UHGV virus genome: UHGV-0212009
Reading direction: 5' to 3' (one strand)
From: a virus
Length of the DNA: 64,000 nt
How positions within the stretch are numbered: the first letter of the stretch is position 1; each line of letters begins with the position of its first letter. The notes under the pieces are model-generated. The model had not been told where the DNA came from. It was given only the letters and a program-made list of their open reading frames with translations, and searched no databases. The position numbers and the translations under genes are program-made. Shown here piece by piece: positions 16,999 through 25,641 of the stretch.

Positions 16999-17034
16999 AC
17001 ACATACCAAATACTACAAAAGAAACAAATGGCAT

Positions 17035-17148
17035 AGAGGGGCAACAGACCTGCCACCTGCGGATTTACCACACTTGCTCTGCTGACAGGCCCGGTAAAGG
17101 TGGTGTAGGGTGACAGATAAGGGGGATGACGATTCCTGCCCCTCTTTT
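17035..17148 (+). ncRNA. Possible structured intergenic RNA
   Basis: AGAGGGGCA/TGCCCCTCT closing stem with inner GCCACC/GGTGGT and TTTACC/GGTAAA. Confidence 0.4.
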
Positions 17149-17277
17149 CAAAAGATATGTTAACCAAAAAGAGCAAACTAAATAAACTGCCAGTCCAAGA
17201 TTTGAGGGCGATTGCTCACTTCTTCAAGACTATCAAGAACTCTCTTAAGATGGATAGGCTACTGGAGGAACAAAATA

Positions 17278-17643
17278 ATGACTACAAAAGAAATAAAAGA
17301 CTTTGAAAGCCTGCTGAAGAGCAAAGGCTACGCGTATTATAATCAATGCCTTTCTTCAAACGAAAATTATGTCTATGGCAAATCATTCGACATCACTTAT
17401 GATGAGGATGGTGATAGGAATATAGGATATCAAGTTCTGTTCCGATTTTGGGATTGGAGAAAGTTTGGAAAAAAAGGATTATACGAATTTAGTCTTGATG
17501 TTGCCGTCTTGGTGTCTCAAGAACATAGGACTGACCTTGTACTTGGGCAAGAAGAGTACGATATTGAGAAGATAGAGCAGATTGCAGAGGGTTTCTATGA
17601 GTTCTGCAAGAAGTATATTCCGGGATGTGCTAAAGCAAAATAA
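17278..17643 (+). CDS. Hypothetical protein
   Basis: ATG 17278 (MTTKEIK). Confidence 0.7.
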   Translation: MTTKEIKDFESLLKSKGYAYYNQCLSSNENYVYGKSFDITYDEDGDRNIGYQVLFRFWDWRKFGKKGLYEFSLDVAVLVSQEHRTDLVLGQEEYDIEKIEQIAEGFYEFCKKYIPGCAKAK

Positions 17644-17717
17644 GCCTAAAAATTTCGCTTATTCATGCAAGTCATTGTAGTTAATTGATTATCTGTGAAT
17701 TATAAGTGTAAATTAAT

Positions 17718-17891
17718 ATGAAAATACCATTCAAGTACAAAGATGTTCAAAATAGAGCATCAAAAAAATACCAGGGTGTTTGGAAAAGATATGCCTTCCA
17801 AGCAGGAGTTTTGTGGGCAGTAGGACAGATATTCAAAGATAAAAACCAAGAGGATATCTTCAAAGAAATGGAGATGTTCGAGAATGAATAG
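17718..17891 (+). CDS. Small hypothetical protein (57 aa)
   Basis: MKIPFKYKDVQ...AFQAGVLWA; read by eye, below ORF-track cutoff. Confidence 0.55.
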   Translation: MKIPFKYKDVQNRASKKYQGVWKRYAFQAGVLWAVGQIFKDKNQEDIFKEMEMFENE

Positions 17892-17894
17892 TAA

Positions 17895-18059
17895 ATGATG
17901 CAAAGTATATCTGACATAGAGAACGATGTTCTGCGCTTGCGTCTGAAAGACATCAAGAGCGCATTCCACCAAGCAGAATTGGCAGGAGGAGAAAAGGAAA
18001 ACAACTTCTGCATCCCGATAGATTTATTTAATGAACTCAAAGAAAGTATATATGAATAG
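17895..18059 (+). CDS. Small hypothetical protein
   Basis: MMQSISDIENDVLRLRLKDIK; fills gap in operon. Confidence 0.5.
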   Translation: MMQSISDIENDVLRLRLKDIKSAFHQAELAGGEKENNFCIPIDLFNELKESIYE

Positions 18060-18240
18060 ATTTCACAAACTATTATGCAAGCACTGCATAGCCAACATTG
18101 ATGGCGTGTGTCATCGCTATGTAGAACCTTTGCCTGTATGTTATTGTCGACACGCAGAGATTTACAAAAAGAAGTATGAAGTTATTTTTACTTTTGGCAT
18201 AAACGACAAATTAAAATCAGTAAAAATAGTATGGAAGTAA
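18052..18240 (+). CDS. Small Cys-rich protein
   Basis: CKHC...C...CYC. Confidence 0.5.
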   Translation: MNRFHKLLCKHCIANIDGVCHRYVEPLPVCYCRHAEIYKKKYEVIFTFGINDKLKSVKIVWK

Positions 18241-18728
18241 GAATTAAAAAATTATGTAAAAATGCGGTCATTCCGTCTTATGCTCATACATCAGATGCAG
18301 GTATGGACTTGACTGCAACATCTATGAAAATAGATGAAGACGGCAATGTGGTGTATGGCACAGGCATAGCAGTAGAAATACCCACAGGCTATGTTGGTCT
18401 TGTGTTCCCCAGAAGTTCTAATTCCAAAAAGACACTATGGCTGACAAATTCAGTCGGTGTTATAGATTCGGGATATAGGGGTGAAATTACATTCAAGTTC
18501 CGTCCAAGTATTGCAATAGTACCAAATTTTTGGGCAAAGATTAAACTGCGCTTGTCAGGGCTTAAGGCTGCAAATGTGGTGCAGTATGCGTCACCAAAGA
18601 TGTACAAAATCGGTGATAGAATAGGTCAGATCATTATTCTTCCATACCCGTCTATTGAATTTATAGAATCTGATTTTCTGTACCCGTCTGATAGAGGAGA
18701 ATGTGGAAATGGCTCTACAGGAAAATAA
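18231..18728 (+). CDS. dut: Trimeric dUTPase
   Basis: AGMDL, PRSS, GVIDSGYRGEI, RIGQ, RG..GNGSTG. Confidence 0.95.
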   Translation: MEVRIKKLCKNAVIPSYAHTSDAGMDLTATSMKIDEDGNVVYGTGIAVEIPTGYVGLVFPRSSNSKKTLWLTNSVGVIDSGYRGEITFKFRPSIAIVPNFWAKIKLRLSGLKAANVVQYASPKMYKIGDRIGQIIILPYPSIEFIESDFLYPSDRGECGNGSTGK

Positions 18729-18890
18729 TAAAAAAGTGCGGGAATCCAAATCTTTTTGGAACTGCAAGAATGGCTTTTTTGCAGGTGGTTGTCGCTGCCG
18801 TGTGTTAGGTGGCGACAATATCTGCCTGCTTGAATTGAATGAAGATGATATATGTCCGTATTTTGAAAAAGACAATTAAAATTTATAATT

Positions 18891-19067
18891 ATGGCATGGA
18901 TAGCAAGAGATAAAGACGAGCGTCTTTATATTTACAAGGAGTTACCAGAACGAGTAAGCAATGAGTGGTTGACCGATTTTGAAATGATAGAACTGCCGGC
19001 GAATGCAGATGAAAAACTCATTGGAAAGCATATTGATTGGACTGATGAACCTGTAAAGATAGAATAA
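18891..19067 (+). CDS. Small phage protein (58 aa)
   Basis: MAWIARDKDERLYIY...WTDEPVKIE. Confidence 0.7.
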   Translation: MAWIARDKDERLYIYKELPERVSNEWLTDFEMIELPANADEKLIGKHIDWTDEPVKIE

Positions 19068-19072
19068 GAGTT

Positions 19073-19657
19073 ATGAAAACAAAAGAACAGATTTTAAAGT
19101 GGCTTGACAAGCAGCCTTGGAATGGCGAATTTTATAAGGAGGTAGTTCTGGGTAACAGCAACTATGGACTTGAATATAACAGAGCATTCATCTCCACTGC
19201 ATTTGATTGGAAATCTACAAAGTCGGGCGGAGCTGTCTGGTCAGAACGTGATAATGAGTTCCGCGATTGGTATAATTCTAATGGCAAGCCGATGTCGTGG
19301 AAGGAATACTGCGATCAAAATCCTATTAGTATAGGCGAGTTCTATATTGACGATGATTGTTCAATTCAGTATGTAATGACACCTCCGTTGGTAGAATACA
19401 GAAGCGCAAATATGATGCCCAAAAAACTCTGCAAAGCGTTTATCGCTTATATGAAACTTATCCATTTGCGAAATGCGTGGGTGAAAGACTACGATGCTTC
19501 GGATTGCACTGTTAAGATAGTCGCGAAAGACAACGATATCTTCAAAGATTCCTATATGCAATTTATGAATGGTCTTTCCTTCCCTACGCATGAAATGACA
19601 TCCGAATTTATGCACACTTTCAATGACCTTTTGGAGGTCGCAAAACCGCTATTGTGA
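19073..19657 (+). CDS. Hypothetical protein (paralogue of 12449-13048)
   Basis: End-to-end similarity. Confidence 0.8.
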   Translation: MKTKEQILKWLDKQPWNGEFYKEVVLGNSNYGLEYNRAFISTAFDWKSTKSGGAVWSERDNEFRDWYNSNGKPMSWKEYCDQNPISIGEFYIDDDCSIQYVMTPPLVEYRSANMMPKKLCKAFIAYMKLIHLRNAWVKDYDASDCTVKIVAKDNDIFKDSYMQFMNGLSFPTHEMTSEFMHTFNDLLEVAKPLL

Positions 19658-19658
19658 T

Positions 19659-19826
19659 ATGGAAATTGATTGGGAACAACGCAGATATGAGGTTGCAAAA
19701 GAAATGTTTGCTGCAATGCTTGCTAATTCTAGACTTTCACCTATAATTTTCGGGCTTCATATGGATGAGCGTGCAAGAATGGCCTTTGAGTATGCAGACG
19801 TATTTATTGAAGAATTAAAGAAATAA
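19659..19826 (+). CDS. Small phage protein
   Basis: IDWEQRRYEVAKEM...ADVFIEELKK. Confidence 0.7.
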   Translation: MEIDWEQRRYEVAKEMFAAMLANSRLSPIIFGLHMDERARMAFEYADVFIEELKK

Positions 19827-19832
19827 TATACA

Positions 19833-20396
19833 ATGGAAATAAATATTGAAAATGTAAAAGCCGCTTACAAGGTGGCTGATGACGCAGGCAGGAAGATGTT
19901 ACATGCGCTCTTCCCGGATTTGGGAAAGATTATACCGGCAATAGAGAGTATAAAAAGTGAGCGGAATGCTATTGCTAAGTTGGGAAAAGATAATGTATTT
20001 GTAAAGGCTTATAATGTTTGTAGAAACAGTAAACTTGTCGAATCAGATCCAAATTTTCTTGCTTTCTTGTTGCTTAGAATTATCTGTGCTGCCCTCAACG
20101 AAGGTTGGGTTTCAACACCATATGACAAGGGATATTCGCCAGTGTTTCATTTCGTTTCTGAATCTGAGATACATGACATGGAGAGAGGCAAGAAGTCTTC
20201 AATTAATGGAGGTGAGCTGTTTTTTCTTTCACGGGACTTTGATACTAAAAATTATTGGGCTGTTTACTGTTCGAGAGCCTTGTGTTTATCGCCAAGTTGT
20301 TTATCTCTGAAGACACCTGAATTGGCCAGATATTGCGGAAAGCAGTTCATAGACATCTGGATGGATTATTTGCTGCCGATTAAAAAGGATGATTAA
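19833..20396 (+). CDS. Hypothetical protein (paralogue of 13056-13646)
   Basis: LRIICAALNEGW...LSLKTPELARYCGKQF. Confidence 0.8.
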   Translation: MEINIENVKAAYKVADDAGRKMLHALFPDLGKIIPAIESIKSERNAIAKLGKDNVFVKAYNVCRNSKLVESDPNFLAFLLLRIICAALNEGWVSTPYDKGYSPVFHFVSESEIHDMERGKKSSINGGELFFLSRDFDTKNYWAVYCSRALCLSPSCLSLKTPELARYCGKQFIDIWMDYLLPIKKDD

Positions 20397-20776
20397 TGTA
20401 TAGCAAGGAGACTGAATTACAAATACGATGTGTTACCTTCTTAACCTATCGTTACAGTCATCTCGTATGGAATCATTCGCCTAATGAGGGGAAGCGCAGC
20501 GATAGACAAGGGGCCGTGCTTAAGCGAATGGGGATGCAGCCTGGTTATCCAGATCTTGACATTATACATGGGGCGCGCACTCTTCATGTAGAGTTCAAGA
20601 CGAAGACCGGGCGGCAGTCTCCGGCCCAGAAACTAATGCAGTCTCGTTTAGAGGAGCAAGGACGGAAATATGTAGTAATACGAACCTATGAAGACTTTGT
20701 GGCGTTCTGTCATCAGGAGTTTGGAGAAGAACGGGACACAGACGCGGAACAACTGCGGAGAATTCTTGGAATGTAG
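20396..20776 (+). CDS. VRR-NUC domain nuclease
   Basis: HSPNEG, GMQPGYPDL, VEFKTKTGRQSPAQ. Confidence 0.9.
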   Translation: MYSKETELQIRCVTFLTYRYSHLVWNHSPNEGKRSDRQGAVLKRMGMQPGYPDLDIIHGARTLHVEFKTKTGRQSPAQKLMQSRLEEQGRKYVVIRTYEDFVAFCHQEFGEERDTDAEQLRRILGM

Positions 20777-20777
20777 T

Positions 20778-20818
20778 GTAAAAATAGACCGCTGTTAGTT
20801 GGCGTGATGCCTATTTTG
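20778..20818 (+). promoter_or_regulatory. Putative late promoter copy 2
   Basis: GTAAAAATAGACCG-N19-CTATTTTG, 4 nt before ATG. Confidence 0.75.
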
Positions 20819-20822
20819 CAGC

Positions 20823-23786
20823 ATGATTAAAAGGTTGCAACTTAGGGGAATATCTCATGCTCCATCGGATAGAATGACATCTGATGGCGGAGTGGCGGAA
20901 TCGCTTAATGCGTACCTGCAAGATAACGAGACAGCGCCGGCAATCGCACCGCGAGATGTGGCCGGCCTGCAAGGCTTACCTATCAGCGGTGATTCTTTGC
21001 GTGCAATTTACATACACCGGATTAACGGTAAGAACCTGTTTATTTATGCACAGCGCATCGGCAATAGAGATAAGATTCTTGCTTACCCTGGTGCTCTTGA
21101 TGTTTATGATCCAGGAGAAGGAAGCGGAGAGTACATAAAGGAGGATTCTATAGCCGCAATTGGTAATACTCTTGTATTCTCAATGACCACACATTCGTGT
21201 TATGCTGTCTGGCGAGGAAGCGCTTACGAGTATCTTGGAGAGAACCTTCCTGTGCCGCAAATAGAGGTGGTGCCAATATGTTATTTGGGAACAGGAGCGC
21301 AGTTGTTTTCGAATGTTCCGATATATGCATCTGATTCTGCTCCGACAGAAGATTTGTATAAGGCGGATTCGGCCGCGTGGACTAAACAGTTAGACCTTTC
21401 CGTAGATGAAAGGTCTGATGAATATAAGACTATAATAAATGCTTTCTGGAGTGGAATGCAGGAATCTATTCTTGGTTCCAAGTATTTTCGACATCCTGTA
21501 TATGTCAGATTTGCGCTTAAGCTTAATGACAATTCTTATGTGCGTCATACTGTACCCATACTCATCGGTGGAGGTGTAAAGCGTTGTTTTGAATCTACAA
21601 TGCGATATACTGTAGATACATCGACAAGCCAGGGGGTGAAAAAGTATTCCACCGTCATAAACATTCAAGGAGGAAAGGCTTATCGAATTAAGGCGCGTCT
21701 CAATAATGCTGATGTGCTCGCAAAATGGAAAGATGTGATACAGTCTGTTGAAATGTTTGTCAGCGAGCCGTTAATATATCCAGATCTTAACGCCCATGTA
21801 GTACAGGTTGGTGATACGAATACGACCACATCAGGGAGACAAACGGTATCATCCATGTCAATAACGTTTCAAGATAAGCAGGATTCAACAGAAGAAACAC
21901 AATCGATAGAGTCAATGCTTTTGAACGGTTCGCGTTTGTTCTATAAGGCGAAGTCGTATTCTGTCGATAACTTATCAGAGATAGCCGAAGGGACTGAAAT
22001 AGACAACAGCAAGGATTTGTCGTATACTGAACGTTTGTATACTCAGGACAATCTGTCAGATGACTATCGAACCAATAACGATTATGTCGCAGAACGTAGT
22101 AAGGTAATTAATCGCAGACTGCTGTCGATGGGAATGACGGAGCACTTTGGCCGAGGAATGCAATATGCATATAATCTCGTGCCGGTGACAGAAGATTATT
22201 TGTCGTATCAATTCTGCTACGAGATTAAAGATACTGATGGTTCGGTGCATTATGTCCACTCCCGGGACACACTCCAGACTCCAGTGCTTTCCGGAAAAGC
22301 GTTTGGATCCAGAGATGAGGATATGACATTTAGTTCTGATATATGTCAGCTCTTGTTCTATCCTGATACTCGTTGTGTTGCGGTGTGGGTAAAGCATGTT
22401 AACGGTGTTATTCGTCTTCCGATGCGCGCACATCCGTACATCAGCATGGCCTATTGGTTGGGTGATATATCAAAGACCCTCCGAGAACTCACATATTCGG
22501 ATAGTCTTACATTGCCTGACGAAGATAGGATTGGAACGTCATACAAGTTCAACTATTTGTTCCAGACGTCTGCTAATAACCCATTTTATTATCCTCTCTC
22601 TGGCAGGATTCGTTTTTCTTCGGCCCTCATGGAAGTGGCTTCCATAACGACAGCTCTCTCGGAAGGGCAGTTCGGACAATTCGACCTATACGCCTTTACG
22701 GATACCGGAATCTTTGTCTTGTCTCCAAATAGCCAAGGTGAATATCTTAATTTGGTCTCATTGTCGCGTGATGTGTGTTTGTCTGCACACTCGGTGGCAT
22801 GTCTTGACCGTGCCATTGTGTTCATCACAGATAAAGGCGTTATGATTATGGACGGTTCTCAGATAAACTGTATATCAGAGAATATGATAGGTCGTATTAG
22901 TGCTGTGGATCCGTTGATTTCAGAAACTGTTACTCGTATAACAGGAGAGGCAGCGTATGCTGATGCTCTTAATGATACGATGCCGTTTATGGACTTCATG
23001 TCCGGAGCTCGCATTGCGTATGACTACACCGGTTCGCGCTTGATATTCTTCCGTACTGATTGTTCTTATGAGTATGTCTATATGATGCGCACGGCGACAT
23101 GGCATAAATATGTGATGCCGCTACAACTTGAAAGCCAATCAGCAGTGGATGTGCGGGTACTGAATAGCTTCCCAGACTGCTATACATTCGTGGCGGAGGT
23201 GAACCGGCTGCATTTGTATGACTGGTCCACCGTGCTTGACGCGACCGATAATTCCGAACTCATGACAAGCATTACGATAACGCGTCCATTTGACCTTGGA
23301 GAACCGGATGTTCTTAAGAGCATATCCTGTATACGTATTAGGGGAGACTATGAAAAACGGAAGCCGGTTCCCATTAGGTATCTGAAGTGTTTATCTGCAC
23401 CAGAAGCACACAACGACATAAAGACGGTTCTGGGACAGTTCGGTTTGTTTGTAACAGATGAGCAGATTACTAATTTGGTTTCGGGCGTTGATATGGAAGT
23501 GGCTGCGCTTTCTGTTCCGGATGCGGATTATATGCTGATGATGTTGAACGGGCTCAAGAATAGCAGCTTCGCGTATCGTTATCTTCCAGGAGATACGACA
23601 ATACCGTCTGTACAATATATGCTTCTTGGCTCTCAGGACGGACGTCATTTTGCCGTGCTTGATTCTTTGCGTGGGAAGTCGTGGAAGATATTCAGAATCG
23701 CCATCGTTTCAAGGCTCACAGACACAGAACGAATATCCTGGATTGATGTGGACTACGAAACGAGGGAAACGACGCGACTCAGGTAG
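20823..23786 (+). CDS. Virion structural protein, probable tail tube/stabilisation-type protein
   Basis: 987 aa, beta-rich; ALSEGQFGQFDLYAFTDTGI; precedes ejection-type genes. Confidence 0.6.
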   Translation: MIKRLQLRGISHAPSDRMTSDGGVAESLNAYLQDNETAPAIAPRDVAGLQGLPISGDSLRAIYIHRINGKNLFIYAQRIGNRDKILAYPGALDVYDPGEGSGEYIKEDSIAAIGNTLVFSMTTHSCYAVWRGSAYEYLGENLPVPQIEVVPICYLGTGAQLFSNVPIYASDSAPTEDLYKADSAAWTKQLDLSVDERSDEYKTIINAFWSGMQESILGSKYFRHPVYVRFALKLNDNSYVRHTVPILIGGGVKRCFESTMRYTVDTSTSQGVKKYSTVINIQGGKAYRIKARLNNADVLAKWKDVIQSVEMFVSEPLIYPDLNAHVVQVGDTNTTTSGRQTVSSMSITFQDKQDSTEETQSIESMLLNGSRLFYKAKSYSVDNLSEIAEGTEIDNSKDLSYTERLYTQDNLSDDYRTNNDYVAERSKVINRRLLSMGMTEHFGRGMQYAYNLVPVTEDYLSYQFCYEIKDTDGSVHYVHSRDTLQTPVLSGKAFGSRDEDMTFSSDICQLLFYPDTRCVAVWVKHVNGVIRLPMRAHPYISMAYWLGDISKTLRELTYSDSLTLPDEDRIGTSYKFNYLFQTSANNPFYYPLSGRIRFSSALMEVASITTALSEGQFGQFDLYAFTDTGIFVLSPNSQGEYLNLVSLSRDVCLSAHSVACLDRAIVFITDKGVMIMDGSQINCISENMIGRISAVDPLISETVTRITGEAAYADALNDTMPFMDFMSGARIAYDYTGSRLIFFRTDCSYEYVYMMRTATWHKYVMPLQLESQSAVDVRVLNSFPDCYTFVAEVNRLHLYDWSTVLDATDNSELMTSITITRPFDLGEPDVLKSISCIRIRGDYEKRKPVPIRYLKCLSAPEAHNDIKTVLGQFGLFVTDEQITNLVSGVDMEVAALSVPDADYMLMMLNGLKNSSFAYRYLPGDTTIPSVQYMLLGSQDGRHFAVLDSLRGKSWKIFRIAIVSRLTDTERISWIDVDYETRETTRLR

Positions 23787-23848
23787 GCTACATTTACCGA
23801 CAATACACTATTGTAACTATCTAAAATAGAATGATTTAGATAGTTAAT

Positions 23849-23890
23849 GTAAAATTAGACCGCTTGTTGTAAGTTTGCTGACGACCTTTG
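23849..23890 (+). promoter_or_regulatory. Putative late promoter copy 3
   Basis: GTAAAATTAGACCG-N20-GACCTTTG. Confidence 0.7.
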
Positions 23891-23916
23891 GTGGAGTACT
23901 TTTAATATATGCATAT

Positions 23917-24447
23917 ATGAATCCATTAATAGGCATCGGAGCCGGAGCGGCCACGTCGCTAGCGTCTTCAATCATTGGAGCAATCAGCTCCGCTAAAGCG
24001 AACAAGCGTGCGAATAATCTGATAAACACGCAGCGCCAAGAGAACAGAGATTGGTATAATAACAGAATATCTCAGGATTATACGAAGCGACCTGACAACC
24101 AAGCCATCTTGAAAAAACAGAAAGAGATGCTTGACGCGTATTACAACAGGGCGCAAGCAGAGCAGGCTGTATCTGGGGGAACCGATGAAGCGGTAGCCAT
24201 GCAGAAAGCGGCTGCAAATGCAAGTCTTGCCGACACCATGACTAATATGGCGGCTCAATCTTCTTCGTATAAAGATGCCATAGAGCAGCAGTATCGTGCT
24301 CAGGATGCAGCGCTTAATCAGCAGCAGGTAGGAATACAGCAGAACAAAGCCGCGCAGACCGCTGCCGCAGCTGCACAAGGCGTATCTGCCGGATTGAATC
24401 TCTTTGGATCCGCAATGGGAATGGGCGTAGAAAAAAAAGACTCATAG
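23917..24447 (+). CDS. Probable DNA-ejection/internal virion protein
   Basis: Gly/Ala hydrophobic N-terminus, Ala/Gln-rich helical body. Confidence 0.65.
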   Translation: MNPLIGIGAGAATSLASSIIGAISSAKANKRANNLINTQRQENRDWYNNRISQDYTKRPDNQAILKKQKEMLDAYYNRAQAEQAVSGGTDEAVAMQKAAANASLADTMTNMAAQSSSYKDAIEQQYRAQDAALNQQQVGIQQNKAAQTAAAAAQGVSAGLNLFGSAMGMGVEKKDS

Positions 24448-24450
24448 AGC

Positions 24451-25638
24451 ATGGGAAATCCTATAGAAGACGCTAAGAAACTGCAAGGGCAGTCGAAAGC
24501 GGCCTACGACGCGTATTCAGATGCCGCCAAAGGCGCAACCGAAAATTTCGTCAATCAACAGAACGCCGCAACGGCGGAAATAAAGACGGCCCTTGATAAT
24601 TCTATTGCTGCTCAAGAAACCGCCGATAAAAACTATTCTGATATAGTCAATGGGTGGGTTTCTGCCGCTGAAACGCGCGCTAAAGACCAAGAGAAGATTA
24701 ATCAGCAGCAGCAAGCAAGAGATAAGAATCTTCTCATGTGGGGAGGGATTGCCGATGCTGCCGCGGCTTTAGTTAATCTCATTGGCACCACGAAAGGCGC
24801 CGTTAACCAGCAGAGACAGTCTCCACAAAATGCCTGGTCGCAGAGAGTGGATGCGCTCAGACGTGAACGTGAGCAGAAGCTGGAGAATTACCGTAATCAG
24901 CTAAAGTCAATGCAGGAAACGGCAGCATCAAAAGATTATACAATCGCAACAAACGCGGCCAAACGCGAACTCGACAAGGCTGTTACTCTCGCATCTCGAA
25001 GCGATGCCGCCTCACAGGCACAATACCAGGGCGACCTGGCCGCAGCCAAGGCCGGACTTGAGGGAACGCAGGCGGAAATCAATACCGGGCTTAAAATCGC
25101 GTCTATGGAGCAGAGTGAACGAGATAGTAATCGCCGGTTCTCCAAAGACGCCGCCGCTAAGGATGCTGAAGAAAATCTCAAGTATAAAGAATTTCTTGCC
25201 AAGTGGCGCATCAAAGGATATGATCCGGAGACCGACAAGTACCGTAATCCGCAGACGGGTGAATTTGACCTTAACGCCCCGTCGGGAGCTGATAAGACTA
25301 ATATTAGCAAGGCCTTGTATGGCATTCGTGACAGAATTGCACGCAAGGCTGGTTTGAATGGCTTTGATGGGTATCTGTCTCTTGATAAGAAGGCCCGAAA
25401 GAAGTTTGTTAAGGATAATCCGGAAGCGGACAAACTGCTGCAATTATTGCGCAATCCTAACGGACTGACAAAACAGGACCTCGAAAACATGAATGTATCA
25501 CAGATGTTTGTAGATGCATCCTTGGAAGCAGGCGGCATAACGGATGAGGAATGGACTATTGGTATTGGTGCTAATACTGATGAACAACAGACCGGGACTA
25601 ATCGTTTCCGCAATAAATATTTAACAGGCTCAGAATAA
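24451..25638 (+). CDS. Probable internal virion protein
   Basis: 395 aa, Ala/Gln-rich coiled coil. Confidence 0.6.
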   Translation: MGNPIEDAKKLQGQSKAAYDAYSDAAKGATENFVNQQNAATAEIKTALDNSIAAQETADKNYSDIVNGWVSAAETRAKDQEKINQQQQARDKNLLMWGGIADAAAALVNLIGTTKGAVNQQRQSPQNAWSQRVDALRREREQKLENYRNQLKSMQETAASKDYTIATNAAKRELDKAVTLASRSDAASQAQYQGDLAAAKAGLEGTQAEINTGLKIASMEQSERDSNRRFSKDAAAKDAEENLKYKEFLAKWRIKGYDPETDKYRNPQTGEFDLNAPSGADKTNISKALYGIRDRIARKAGLNGFDGYLSLDKKARKKFVKDNPEADKLLQLLRNPNGLTKQDLENMNVSQMFVDASLEAGGITDEEWTIGIGANTDEQQTGTNRFRNKYLTGSE

Positions 25639-25641
25639 ACT

